The notes: generated from the letters alone by a model not told the origin. A stretch of DNA of 64,000 nucleotides from Nitrospirota bacterium (GCA_963663225.1 OY760142.1:1568001-1632000), one strand, 5' to 3'; positions 1 to 10,010 are shown, counted from the stretch's first letter. Program-made: numbers and translations.

Positions 1-1
1 G

Positions 2-988
2 GAACCCAAGGTTGTGGCAGCAAATATGGGCGCGCTGAAAGCCGATGCCGCAAACATTGTGCTGCTCGGCCATACGGCGCCCCAGCTTGTTCAGGCGGTC
101 GTGAATGCCGCTTCAAAGCATGCGGTCCCGTGTAATGTCGTGGCTCTGTGCGGTGGTGAAGCGAACGGCGGGCTTCCGGTATTGACGAATTACGACTCGC
201 AGGAAATGCCGCTGCTGACTGGAGCGGTTGATCTGCTGATTACCGGTTCGCAGTGTGTCATGCCGGCGACCGTGTCCTTGGCGAAAACCAGGAAGGTGGC
301 ACTGCTCGCTGCATCCGCATTGAATGATGAAAAGAAAATTAAAGAAGCTGTTGAAACGGCCGCACAGGCTTTCCAGCAGCGGCGTGGAAAAGATGTTCAA
401 ATTCCGGGTGCAGTGGAGCAGGTGAACTCGGGATTCACGGCGGCGAACAGCAAACAGGCATTTAAAGCATTGCAAACGGCAACCGCCAAGGGTGCTCTCA
501 AGGGAATGGTCTATCTCGGCGGATGCGGTAATATCGCGCAGACCCAGGATGCCCGGATCGTCCAGACGGCCGAAAAACTGCTCGCGGATGGATATGTGCT
601 TGTTACCGCCGGCTGTGCGGGCGCAGCTCTGGCAAAGGCGGGCATGTGCCGTCAGGAATATGCGGCGAGGGAAGGATTGAAGAACATCGCGGAGCTCAAT
701 CTTCCTCCGGTGCTTCATATCGGGGCTTGCCACGATGCCGATTGGTTCCTTGAGATGGCCAGGGACGCTAAAACAAACGGCGTGCCTGTTTTTGTCGTTC
801 TGCAGGAAATCAACCACAACAAGGTTCTGGCAACTGCCGTTGCCTTTGCCTCACAGGGATTAAAAACCTATGTTGATATGGGCGAAGCGGCAAGCCTTCC
901 CGGGCTGAAACTGCCGGGGGAATTGCTTCCGCTGGCAGAATTGCCGCAGTTGATGCCGAAGCCGGCAGCCGTTGCCGCCGCACGATAA
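2..988 (+). CDS. Ni-containing carbon monoxide dehydrogenase (CooS/HCP family) homolog, 5'-truncated by the window edge
   Basis: Frame is open from base 2 (EPKVVAANMGALKADAANIVLLGH, similar to CooS TP..EANLGVL..DAVNIAVHGH). C-cluster-type motifs follow in order: GH, LCGGE, SQCVMP, GGCGN, TAGCAG, HIGACHD, HNKV. Confidence 0.8.
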   Translation, partial: EPKVVAANMGALKADAANIVLLGHTAPQLVQAVVNAASKHAVPCNVVALCGGEANGGLPVLTNYDSQEMPLLTGAVDLLITGSQCVMPATVSLAKTRKVALLAASALNDEKKIKEAVETAAQAFQQRRGKDVQIPGAVEQVNSGFTAANSKQAFKALQTATAKGALKGMVYLGGCGNIAQTQDARIVQTAEKLLADGYVLVTAGCAGAALAKAGMCRQEYAAREGLKNIAELNLPPVLHIGACHDADWFLEMARDAKTNGVPVFVVLQEINHNKVLATAVAFASQGLKTYVDMGEAASLPGLKLPGELLPLAELPQLMPKPAAVAAAR

Positions 989-997
989 CGCTGGAGG

Positions 998-2218
998 ATG
1001 CGCATGTATATTATCATTGGTCAGGGGATAGCGGGCGCCACGGCCGCCATGACGCTGCGAAAACTGGACCCCCGGACTCCCGTGACAATTATTACCGATG
1101 AACATGATTATTTGTACAGCCGGATAGATTTGCCGGATATTATAGCCGGAAAACTGAAGCCGATTGACGCCATGCTCCAACAGGTGGAAAACCTTGCAAA
1201 CGACAACGTAATCTGCATCATGGGAGACAAGGTTGCGGCAGTGACTCCTGCGCAAAAAACAGTAGAGCTCGCTTCAGGAACGCTCCTGAAATACACGAAA
1301 CTGCTTTTTGCCACGGGATCCGCACCCATCATGCCGTCTCTTCCCGGCATTGACTCTCCCGGCGTGTACAGTTTGTGGACGATGCGTCAGGCAAAAGAGA
1401 TCGTTCATGCCGCTGAACGTGCTCAGAGTGCCGTGGTGGTCGGGGCGGGCTTGATCGGGCTTAAAACAGCGCTTGCGCTGAAAGCGCGCGGCTTGAAGAC
1501 AACGATTGTTGAAAAACTGCCCCGCGTACTGCCGCGCCAGCTTGATGATGCATCCTCAGACATGCTGGCGGACAAAGTCCGAAGCAAAGGCGTTGATGTT
1601 CTGGTCAATACGACGGTTGAGGGTATCGCGGTCTCTCAGGGGGCCGTGAGCGGCGTGCGTTTGTCCGGCGGTGTTCTTCCTGCCGAAATGGTCGTCATGG
1701 CCATCGGAGTAAAGCCGAACAAGGAGCTTGCTGCTGCAACAGGGATTAAAACGGGGCGCGGCATCATTGTCAATGAATTCCAGGAAGCATCCATGCCGGA
1801 TATGTATGCCGCAGGGGATGCCGCAGAAGTACTTGATCCTCTTACCGGGGAATTGACGGTACCGGCCATCTGGCCGGTTGCTGTGGAGCAGGGCCGGATT
1901 GCCGCAAGCAACATGGCCGGTTTCAAGGAAACATACGACGGCACTGCCGCCATGAATGCTGTTGAAATCGGCGGCATGCCGCTGGTGTCGATAGGCGATA
2001 TTGAAGGGAAAGCGGGCGACGTCTGCCTGATTGCGCAGAAATATGATGCCTACCGGAAAGTCGTTGTGCGCGATACTATTGTCAAGGGTGTGCTCTGCCT
2101 GGGAGACATTCGCCAGGCGGGGGTGATCGGCAGACTGGTATCGCATCCCGTGGACATCAAAGAGGTTGAAAGGCTGATCTCTCCGTACTTCAGCTATGCA
2201 GATTTAATAGCCGTGTAG
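998..2218 (+). CDS. FAD/NAD(P)-dependent pyridine nucleotide-disulfide oxidoreductase (FNOR/NirB N-terminal-like)
   Basis: IIGQGIAG FAD motif, ATGS, VVGAGLIG NAD motif, YAAGD; SD GGAGG adjacent to the start. Confidence 0.9.
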   Translation: MRMYIIIGQGIAGATAAMTLRKLDPRTPVTIITDEHDYLYSRIDLPDIIAGKLKPIDAMLQQVENLANDNVICIMGDKVAAVTPAQKTVELASGTLLKYTKLLFATGSAPIMPSLPGIDSPGVYSLWTMRQAKEIVHAAERAQSAVVVGAGLIGLKTALALKARGLKTTIVEKLPRVLPRQLDDASSDMLADKVRSKGVDVLVNTTVEGIAVSQGAVSGVRLSGGVLPAEMVVMAIGVKPNKELAAATGIKTGRGIIVNEFQEASMPDMYAAGDAAEVLDPLTGELTVPAIWPVAVEQGRIAASNMAGFKETYDGTAAMNAVEIGGMPLVSIGDIEGKAGDVCLIAQKYDAYRKVVVRDTIVKGVLCLGDIRQAGVIGRLVSHPVDIKEVERLISPYFSYADLIAV

Positions 2219-2283
2219 TTTGCGATAAAACCGGCTTGCTCTCACAAAGGCGAGCTGATACAATGGACGCAAGGAGGTTGGCC

Positions 2284-3270
2284 ATGTCTATTAAAACGAA
2301 AGCAGCCCTGCTGAAAGGGCCTTACGACATTGATCTTATGGACCGCGAGCTGGTTTGCGGCGAAGATGAGGTTATCGTAAAGAACCATTTAATAGGGATT
2401 TGCGGGTCAGATAAGAGCTTTTACCGCGGACAGCTTCCGCCTAAAACAGCCGAATTCAGACAGGAGCCGAAATTTCCCTTCTACCTGGGCCACGAAAGCG
2501 GCGGCACTGTTGTTGAAATCGGTTCAAAAGTGAGGGATTTCAAAGTCGGCGACAAGGTCATCTGTTTTGGCTGGAACAACAATTATGCGACATACTTCCT
2601 TGCAAAGGACTTCCAGTTGCAGCCAGTTCCGGACGGTCTGGAAATGGATTTTGCCGCTCTTGGTGAACCCATATCGTGCGCCATGTATTCCGGTCTTCAT
2701 TCAGGGGTTCAGTTGGGAGACGTTGTTGTCGTCATGGGCGGCGGGTTTGCCGGGCAGATCATTGCGCAATGCGCAAAACAAAAGGGCGCCTATAACGTGA
2801 TCGTGGCCGATGTTCTTGATGGAAAACTGAAACTGGCCAAACAATTGGGTGCTGATATAACGGTGAATCTGAAAAAAGACAACCTTGCGGCAGTCGTGTC
2901 GGATCTTACAAAAGGCCGGGGTGCAGACGTGGTTGTGGAGGCGGCCGGATCGGAAAGCTCGTTCAACACAGCCTCTGAAATCATCAAGCATAACGGCAAA
3001 TTTGTTTTTTACAGCTGGGTGACACAGCCCGTTACCCTGAACATCAGCCGCTGGCATGACGACGGACTGGAATTTGTGAATACCTGCCTGGTCCATCATA
3101 CCTGGCGGGAGCGGTATGTCTGGACTCCCGCAACGCTCCGCCCCGTCATTCAGGGGCAGGTCCAGATCCGGCCGCTTATAACGAACGAGTTCAAGCTGGA
3201 GGATATCAAGGCCGGCTTTGATCTCGCCGACAAGGATGATACCGCGATCAAGATCGTTTTCAGAATCTAA
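2284..3270 (+). CDS. Zinc-dependent medium-chain dehydrogenase/reductase (threonine/sorbitol dehydrogenase-like)
   Basis: GICGSD, GHE, GEP and GGGFAG Rossmann motif; no 4-Cys structural-Zn lobe; SD AAGGAGG before ATG 2284. Confidence 0.9.
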   Translation: MSIKTKAALLKGPYDIDLMDRELVCGEDEVIVKNHLIGICGSDKSFYRGQLPPKTAEFRQEPKFPFYLGHESGGTVVEIGSKVRDFKVGDKVICFGWNNNYATYFLAKDFQLQPVPDGLEMDFAALGEPISCAMYSGLHSGVQLGDVVVVMGGGFAGQIIAQCAKQKGAYNVIVADVLDGKLKLAKQLGADITVNLKKDNLAAVVSDLTKGRGADVVVEAAGSESSFNTASEIIKHNGKFVFYSWVTQPVTLNISRWHDDGLEFVNTCLVHHTWRERYVWTPATLRPVIQGQVQIRPLITNEFKLEDIKAGFDLADKDDTAIKIVFRI

Positions 3271-3314
3271 GAGCGGATTGCACAGTAAGACCGCTGTGAT
3301 ATGAAGGAACTGAG

Positions 3315-3366
3315 GGGGACGTTTTTGCCGCATGATTCTGCGGTGTAAACGTCCCCGCCTATTTTT
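3315..3366 (+). terminator. Intrinsic terminator after the CODH-like operon
   Basis: GGGGACGTTT...AAACGTCCCC stem followed by ATTTTT. Confidence 0.6.
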
Positions 3367-3555
3367 GTGGCTGCAAAGAGCTGTTGATACCAGCGGTGAG
3401 AAGACAATTTTTTCTTTCCCTTGTCCATAAAGAAATCCTTGACAACCCCTTGAATAAGCCCTACCCTTAAGCAAGAAATCAGATGTTATGCAGAAGATTA
3501 TGGGCGTTCTATTGCCGGAATACCGCTGCTTCCACGACCAGAAGGACGAATATCT

Positions 3556-4026
3556 ATGCAGAGTCCTATGAAAAAGCTAATCTCCATCTTTCTGCCGGTG
3601 GTCTTGCTTTTTCTGGCTGCTGTTGCAGCTGTAGCCGTACTAGCGAACAATCTGAACAAAGAGAGCAAGCTGTTTGTGGACGCTGCTGTTCCTGCTATTA
3701 TAGCGGATTGGGACGTAAGGGAAATTCAAAAACGCGCCAGCCCCGAATTCAATGCAACCGTCGACTATGACGATATGCTGCAGATGTTTGACATCCTGCG
3801 AGACTTGGGGGATTTGCAGGAATATTACGAAGCTGCGGGCGAGTCGAAGATAACGATTTCTTTTGAAAGCGGCCTTGTGATTACCGCTTTGTATGAAGCA
3901 AGCGCTGATTTTGAAGAAGGGTCTGCCGACATACAGATATCCCTCATCAGGCATGGCGGACAATGGCAAATCCTCGGTTTTAAGGTCGCTCCCGGTGAAC
4001 GGGAAGAAAGAAAAAACATCATCTGA
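3556..4026 (+). CDS. Hypothetical membrane-anchored protein (NTF2/DUF4019-like fold possible)
   Basis: N-terminal hydrophobic helix, C-terminal GGQWQILGF; overlaps the start of the next gene. Confidence 0.6.
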   Translation: MQSPMKKLISIFLPVVLLFLAAVAAVAVLANNLNKESKLFVDAAVPAIIADWDVREIQKRASPEFNATVDYDDMLQMFDILRDLGDLQEYYEAAGESKITISFESGLVITALYEASADFEEGSADIQISLIRHGGQWQILGFKVAPGEREERKNII

Positions 4027-4637
4027 TGAACACGCTTATCAGTACGATTGAAATACTGGGAATCATTGCTTTTGCGCTCACCGGAATTTACGAGGCGCGG
4101 AAAAAAGGGATGGATATAATCGGCGTTTACGCCGTGGCGATGATAACGGCCTTCGGCGGCGGGTCATTGCGGGACATCATTTTGAACCGTCATCCGCTCT
4201 TCTGGATCGAACATTCTCAGTATGCCATTTTGCTGCTGCTGATATCTCTTATATCGGTTGCGATCATGAAAGACAAGTTGAACCGCAAAGGAACGGTCAC
4301 GCTTGTGCTGGCGCTCGATGCGCTCGGATTGGGGTTGTTCAGCGCGTCGGGTGCCTCGGTGGCCCACCAAGCCGGATGTACTGCATTCGTTTCGTCGCTG
4401 CTCGGGGTCATCACCGGCGTGTTCGGTGGGGTCATGCGCGACACCATCTGCAATGAAATCCCCTATGTATTTCAAAGGACTGAGCTGTATGCCACATGTT
4501 CCTTTATCGGCGCCTGGGCGTATCTGCTGATGACGCAGGGCATGGTGAACGAAATTGCGGCGGTTCTTGCGTGCATACTGATCACATTTTTCTTGAGAAT
4601 GCTGGCAATACGATATAAAATCAGACTTCCCATATAG
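4026..4637 (+). CDS. Trimeric intracellular cation channel (UPF0126/YadS) family membrane protein
   Basis: FALTG, MDIIG, TAFGGGSLRD, DALGLG, TGVFGGVMRD, ELYA motifs. Confidence 0.9.
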   Translation: MNTLISTIEILGIIAFALTGIYEARKKGMDIIGVYAVAMITAFGGGSLRDIILNRHPLFWIEHSQYAILLLLISLISVAIMKDKLNRKGTVTLVLALDALGLGLFSASGASVAHQAGCTAFVSSLLGVITGVFGGVMRDTICNEIPYVFQRTELYATCSFIGAWAYLLMTQGMVNEIAAVLACILITFFLRMLAIRYKIRLPI

Positions 4638-4713
4638 TCGAGTACGGCAGCACAGCGGCGCGAAGCGCGCGACGGCTTTGTGTAGCACTGTTTGCCCGCC
4701 AAGGAGGTTGGTA

Positions 4714-5502
4714 ATGGAGGCTGTGAATATGCACAGCAACGGAGTGGTTCAGAACTCGGAACGCGAGAAGCGCCTCGTAGTTGTTGTCGATGGTGAAGGG
4801 GCGCACCTGTATTATACCAGCATGCTGCTCCAGCGTCTCGAATACAATATTCATACGTCAAAATCCGCGGAAGACGCACTGGAGGTCGTGAATGTCGCAG
4901 AACCCGCGCTGGTGCTGACGGAAATGAACCTGCCGGGAATGAACGGCCTCGAACTCCTGAAAACACTTAAACGGAACCCGCAAACGCACAAGGTGCCGGT
5001 AATCATTCTTACCTCTTCAAAGGACCAGTCCATAAAAAGCGCCTGTCTGGAAGAAGGGTGTGCGGCTTATTTTTACAAACCGGTGGACGCAGATATGCTG
5101 TATGCGGCAATCCAGAAGGCCTCAGAAACCACACCGCGCCAGTTTATCCGCCTCCAGACTTGTTTAAACGTAATGATCGGCGACGACAAGACTGCAGCCC
5201 ATACCGTGATCTCCGATTATGTAACTGCCTTGTCCGAACAAGGCATGTATGTGAGCACCTCGCAGCCCAAACCGGTGGGCCTCCAGATCCCCATCACAAT
5301 TTTCCTGGAGGATGCGCAAATAAAAGTGGAGGGGATGGTCTTGTACAGTTTCAAACGTGAAGAAGGGCCCTTAAAAACCTCAGGGATGGGAATTAAATTC
5401 GTCCAAATCAAACCGGAAGACCAGCGACTGATCAAGTCCTTCATCAAAAAAGCGATTACCAAAGGCCTTACTATGGGGCAGATGGGCGGCACGATCCTCT
5501 GA
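4714..5502 (+). CDS. Receiver domain-PilZ domain protein (atypical receiver)
   Basis: REC motifs (LVLTEMNLPGMNG, PVIILT, KP), then RQFIR and LSEQG PilZ motifs and GMGIKF; alternative start at 4729. Confidence 0.85.
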   Translation: MEAVNMHSNGVVQNSEREKRLVVVVDGEGAHLYYTSMLLQRLEYNIHTSKSAEDALEVVNVAEPALVLTEMNLPGMNGLELLKTLKRNPQTHKVPVIILTSSKDQSIKSACLEEGCAAYFYKPVDADMLYAAIQKASETTPRQFIRLQTCLNVMIGDDKTAAHTVISDYVTALSEQGMYVSTSQPKPVGLQIPITIFLEDAQIKVEGMVLYSFKREEGPLKTSGMGIKFVQIKPEDQRLIKSFIKKAITKGLTMGQMGGTIL

Positions 5503-5617
5503 TGCGACTGGCGGAAAAATGCCGGAGGCCGTAAAGAAATAGGATGCTTCGTGCTTCTCTCGTTAGACGCAATAAATCTCCCCTCACGCATCACGAGACC
5601 CCCCGCTTCTCAGGAAG

Positions 5618-5890
5618 GTGAAAATGCTTTGTCGTGCTGATTGCGGCGCGTGCTGTATTGCACCGTCGGTCTCCTCTCCAATACCGGGAATGCCCGAAGG
5701 AAAATCAGCAGGCGCCAGATGTATCCAACTTACCCCGGACAACCGCTGCCGCTTATACGGCAGGCCTGAACGCCCTGCCGTCTGCTTATCGTACCGGCCG
5801 ACCATGGAATTTTGCGGATCAGATCAAAGCGAGGCCTTGCTGCTGCTGGAACGGCTTGAGAGGATGACACGCAGTTCACGCAAAAAATGA
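5618..5890 (+). CDS. YkgJ/YeiW family cysteine-cluster protein
   Basis: CRADCGACC, RCIQL, RCRLY, RPAVC, FCG pattern. Confidence 0.85.
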   Translation: MKMLCRADCGACCIAPSVSSPIPGMPEGKSAGARCIQLTPDNRCRLYGRPERPAVCLSYRPTMEFCGSDQSEALLLLERLERMTRSSRKK

Positions 5891-5903
5891 CGTGGGGTTG
5901 CCC

Positions 5904-6667
5904 ATGGCGGACACCATCTCCAGAACCTGGGAGTCTCTGGTCCACAACAGGAAAAAGCGCATTCTTTTTATTGTCGATGACGATCCCTCCGCTCTTTATT
6001 ACACCGGGATGCTTCTTCAGCGTCTTGATTACAGTGTGTATACAACCCGCATGGCGGAAGAGGTGCTTGAGATAGTAAAGTTTGCCGTGCCGCTGCTGAT
6101 CCTGACGGAGGTCAACTTGGGAGGCATGGATGGGATTACATTTCTGAAGCGCATTAAAAAAGATCCAAAAACGGCATCAGTGCCGGTCATTGTTTACACG
6201 GCATCTGCCGATCCGTCGTTGAAGCACTCCTGCCAGGAGAGCGGATGCAGCGTTTTCTCAGAAAGCCATTCGATCCGGCTGAGCTCTATGCGGCAGTTCA
6301 GAAAGCAACGGAGGAAAAGCCGCGACGGTACATACGCCTTCGCGCCTGCTTGCCGGTCCTGCTTGGGGAAGACAACGGGCAGGAACGCGCGCAGATGGAT
6401 TGCATAACGGCCTTGTCGGAAGAAGGGATGTATGTGAGCATGTTCAAGCCGCTGCCGGTCGGGACACAGCTCCCAATGGTTCTTTTTCTGGGCAAGGCAC
6501 GGATTCGGATCCAGGGAACAGTCCTGTATAGTTTTGACACCGGGAGCGGACCGCTGCACACATTCGGGATGGGAGTGAAGTTTACGCGGATTAAACAGGA
6601 ATACAGAATTCTTATAAGAGCTTTTATCAAAAAAGAGCTTACTCAGGATATTGCTCTGGATGTGTAA
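5904..6667 (+). pseudogene. Second REC-PilZ paralog, split by a 1-nt frameshift near 6253-6256
   Basis: ORF 5892-6407 aligns with the REC half of 4714-5502 and ORF 6245-6667 with its KP-PilZ half. One extra T in the TTTT run restores ...GCSVFLRKPFDP. Confidence 0.8.
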
Positions 6668-6732
6668 AAAGGGTAAACGCGGACACTATACCTGATGAGC
6701 TTTCCGCCGTTTCTATTCACGTTGGACAAACA

Positions 6733-7236
6733 TTACTTTGATTGTGCGGGTGGAGCAGTCGGCTGCGGGACCGGTGTTTGCTGCTCTGCAGCGGATGGCG
6801 TGGGACTGGTTTTCAAGGATTCCTGCTGGTTTGCCGGGATCTGGGCTTCGGACGGTGTTTTATCTTGTGATGGTTCGCCCGGATGCACGGGTTCCGTCGT
6901 CTTGTATCTGGTTGGAGAAAAATTCGGGTCTATTTCGTACGCTCTGGCAAAATTCTCGCGGGATTTCTGGCGCGCGTCCACGTCGCCGGACCTTCCCTTA
7001 AGATAGTAAGCATAGCCAAGATAATAATAGGACTCAGCGTCGGGATTAATCGAGGCAGCTTCTTCAAATTCCCGAGCGGCCGCATCGAATTTTTTTGCCT
7101 TGAGAAGAAGAAAACCCTGCTCCATGTGTTTTACTGCTGCAGCCGAATCAAAAAGTTCCTCTGCCGGAAACGCCGGCGTGGCAATCAGAATCACAAGAAC
7201 CGCCGCTATTAAAATCAGCACAGGATTTTTTTTCAT
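6733..7236 (-). CDS. Exported tetratricopeptide-repeat protein with Pro/Gln-rich tail
   Basis: Signal peptide (MKKNPVLILIAA..AFPA); TPR consensus (AESYYYLGYAY; ARAYEIDP). Confidence 0.8.
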   Translation of the reverse strand: MKKNPVLILIAAVLVILIATPAFPAEELFDSAAAVKHMEQGFLLLKAKKFDAAAREFEEAASINPDAESYYYLGYAYYLKGRSGDVDARQKSRENFARAYEIDPNFSPTRYKTTEPVHPGEPSQDKTPSEAQIPANQQESLKTSPTPSAAEQQTPVPQPTAPPAQSK

Positions 7237-7342
7237 GAGTTTTTCCTCCCTTGGCAACTATTCATAACCATAGCATAGTGTTTACATCCGTGTCAACTGG
7301 AATGAAAGGAGGCATAGCGCTCAAAGGCGCGTGTATTCCATA

Positions 7343-8287
7343 TCATGGCCACCAGAGGTACAGAAAAGAAACTCCGGGCTGTATCAGCCCGCCTGTGTCA
7401 ATGTTGACAAGATTCGCAGAGTATATGGTGGGACGGTATTCGCCCGGCCGGGCATAGAATACTACGGAGGCCTGTTCGAGATGCGCAGCTTTTTTAACCT
7501 CATCGAGAGCATCGCCAAGATAGGTGGTGCCGTCGATGAGGCCCGCGGCCTGTGCCTCTTGGCTTGTGTAGATGCGTCCGTCGGCAAGTTTTGCGACCGT
7601 ATCACGGTTTAATTTTCGCGCGGACGACACGGTGTTTACAAAGCGGTCCTGCATGCTGTTCACCACAGACTGAAAAATACCACGCTCCTCCGCAGAAAGC
7701 TGTCGAAATGGTGAACCCATTCCCTTTTTGTCACCCGATGATATTTCAAAGGCCTGCAGCCCGATTTTTTGCATCAAACCGGTTGCGTCAAAACGGATCA
7801 TGATCACGCCGATACTGCCGACGATGCTTGTCGGCTGTGCCGTAATGCGGTCGGCTGCCAGGGCAGCATAGTATGCGCCTGATGTGCCCATGTCCATGAT
7901 ATGGGCAAACACCGGTATACCGGTGTCCTTTTTGAATTTCTTTATTTCATGGTACAGCATATCAGATGCGGTTACGCCGCCCCCGGGGCTGTTGATTCTG
8001 AGCAGCAATGCCTTAATATTTCTATCTTTTCGCGCGCGGTCCAGTTGCTCGCGCGCCAGAGCAAGAATCCCCGGCTGTTTTCTGCTGCTGAATAAGGACT
8101 GGCTTTCATCGGCGCTGATGACGCCCGAGATGTCCATGACGAGGATTTTGTCGTTGCCATAGCCGGAAATTACTTGCTCCGTGAGAGGCTGCATTTCTTC
8201 AACCAGAGAAATTCTGAACAGGGTGCAGCCAGTCAGGAAAAACAGTGTAAGAATCAGAACGCATATTGCAGCAAAAATTCTTTTCAT
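7343..8287 (-). CDS. sppA: Signal peptide peptidase SppA, short (36K) type, lipoprotein
   Basis: RINSPGG, TSGAYY, GSIGV, DGRIY, GLID motifs; lipobox LTGC. Confidence 0.9.
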   Translation of the reverse strand: MKRIFAAICVLILTLFFLTGCTLFRISLVEEMQPLTEQVISGYGNDKILVMDISGVISADESQSLFSSRKQPGILALAREQLDRARKDRNIKALLLRINSPGGGVTASDMLYHEIKKFKKDTGIPVFAHIMDMGTSGAYYAALAADRITAQPTSIVGSIGVIMIRFDATGLMQKIGLQAFEISSGDKKGMGSPFRQLSAEERGIFQSVVNSMQDRFVNTVSSARKLNRDTVAKLADGRIYTSQEAQAAGLIDGTTYLGDALDEVKKAAHLEQASVVFYARPGEYRPTIYSANLVNIDTGGLIQPGVSFLYLWWP

Positions 8288-8347
8288 GATGGCCTCCTCT
8301 GCTGGCAGAACTGCGCAATTTTTTATACAGCAACGCTCAGGGGGTGA

Positions 8348-9064
8348 TTAGATCTCGAACGTTAAGCCGAGTTCGCTGCTGAAACCCTTGAGCACAGCAT
8401 CGATGATCTCTTCGATCGACACCTTACGCGAAAGCACCTGATTGACTGATGTGGCCAGGTCACCGGTGCCTGCGCCGGGGATTACCTCGGCCTCGAGGCG
8501 GGGGTCTAAATCGATCAAAACAGAGCCGTGCTGAAGAAAAGCGCCCGAGAGCCTGCGCTGCGCACTCCCGATGATTTTTTTGTTCCCGACCATGATTTCA
8601 TACCACGAAGGAGAGGAAAAACATGCTGGATTTTTTGGTCTTTTTTTTACTAAATCCGCAAGCATGCTGTTGTGTGAGACTGCTTCCGCGGCGATGCCGA
8701 GATTGCGGAGGCCGGTAATCAAACACGAAGCAATAATTTTGTATGTCCCGAGAACAGCGGGAGGGAACAGGGGATTGTCGGTGCGGGCGATAATGCTGTA
8801 TGTCAACTCATGACAATGGAATACTGCTCTGCCGCCGGTGATGCGGCGAATGACGTCAATGCCTCGCCTTTTACACGCTTCAAGGTTGACAGCCGTCTCA
8901 GCTTTTTGGAAACGGCCGAGCGATACTGCAGGTGGATTCCACGCGTAGAAGCGGAGTACCGGGGTTTGCTCGCCTGCCTGGGCACGCGCAAGCAGTTCCT
9001 CGTCCACGGCCATGTTATAGGCGCCGAAGTTGGCACCCGTTCTGAGCAGTTTCCAAGTAGTCAT
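8348..9064 (-). CDS. Lipoate-protein ligase family (LipM-like octanoyltransferase)
   Basis: NMAVDE, LRFYAW, RRITGGRAVFH, KIIGSAQR, LQHGS. Confidence 0.88.
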   Translation of the reverse strand: MTTWKLLRTGANFGAYNMAVDEELLARAQAGEQTPVLRFYAWNPPAVSLGRFQKAETAVNLEACKRRGIDVIRRITGGRAVFHCHELTYSIIARTDNPLFPPAVLGTYKIIASCLITGLRNLGIAAEAVSHNSMLADLVKKRPKNPACFSSPSWYEIMVGNKKIIGSAQRRLSGAFLQHGSVLIDLDPRLEAEVIPGAGTGDLATSVNQVLSRKVSIEEIIDAVLKGFSSELGLTFEI

Positions 9065-9169
9065 GGTGTGCGCCTCTGTGTTGATAAAGTTATGTTATCT
9101 GAAACAGAGAAAGGAGAGCAGTCGAATCAGAACGCATGCGGCAAAAAATAAACAGCCGTCGGATGCAAT

Positions 9170-9826
9170 TTACCGCTTCAACTTGTCGACGATATCAACG
9201 ATAAATCGCGCGGTTATTCCCCATATGGGACCCTGTTCGACAGTATAAAAATGAATGACGTATTTAACACCACCCCAGGATTTCCAGTATTTTTCCGGTA
9301 ACCCCAGTTCTCTGGCAGGGAACAAAACAATTTCTTTTCCCGTTGCTTCATCTGTAACAGTTGGATGGACATTCAGCATTGCCTCGTATTTCCGAGGTGC
9401 ATGTGCTTCAAAAAACGAAACCGGAACGCTGAAAACATGTTCCACTTCGTCCCGATTGGGAACGAGTTCATCAAGATCTTTGATATCCGCGATCCCCACG
9501 AAGGCGTTGACCACGACTCCCAAGGGAGCCACCATGGTATCGAGAGGGCCGATGACCTTTATTTTTCCAGCAGGAATGCCCATTTCTTCCACGGTTTCCC
9601 TGACCGCAGCTTGCTCATAGGTGCCGTCCTGTCGATGATAGACACCGCCGGGGAAGCATATTTCCCCGCCCTGCCGGATGTTCGGCCCTCTTTTTTGGAA
9701 TACAAAGTGGTATTCCCCGTTGAGAAAAGCCAAGAGGACAAGAATGGCGGTGTGTACATATTCTTCCCGCTCCTGGATTGCAGGGTATACAGGCAGGTTG
9801 TTTTGCAGTTCTTCAATCTGTTTCAA
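9170..9826 (-). CDS. NUDIX CoA pyrophosphatase (NudL/Pcd1-like)
   Basis: QGGEICFPGG, AAVRETVEEMG Nudix box, PNRDEV, IWGITA. Confidence 0.88.
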   Translation of the reverse strand: MKQIEELQNNLPVYPAIQEREEYVHTAILVLLAFLNGEYHFVFQKRGPNIRQGGEICFPGGVYHRQDGTYEQAAVRETVEEMGIPAGKIKVIGPLDTMVAPLGVVVNAFVGIADIKDLDELVPNRDEVEHVFSVPVSFFEAHAPRKYEAMLNVHPTVTDEATGKEIVLFPARELGLPEKYWKSWGGVKYVIHFYTVEQGPIWGITARFIVDIVDKLKR

Positions 9827-10005
9827 AAAAAATCCTTTCCCGGCGGGAAAGATGCCATTTCGCTTTTGAGCGATTTACCGGGTTGAATCAATAATGCCTG
9901 TTCCAGGTGGCCTCGAGAAATGCCAATGAAGCGTGTACCCTACAGAGCGAAGGTTGGATGGTAAAACAGGCATGGAGGGCTCACTCAGGAATCCAGGGAG
10001 ACTTC
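9825..10005 (-). ncRNA. Candidate ~180-nt structured leader or sRNA ending in an intrinsic terminator
   Basis: Begins about 6-7 nt after a sigma70 promoter. Stems ATGCCTGTT/AACAGGCAT and TGAGTGA/TCGCTCA; ends in a CTTTCCC-GCC-GGGAAAG hairpin plus U8. Confidence 0.45.
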
Positions 10006-10010
10006 GTGTT

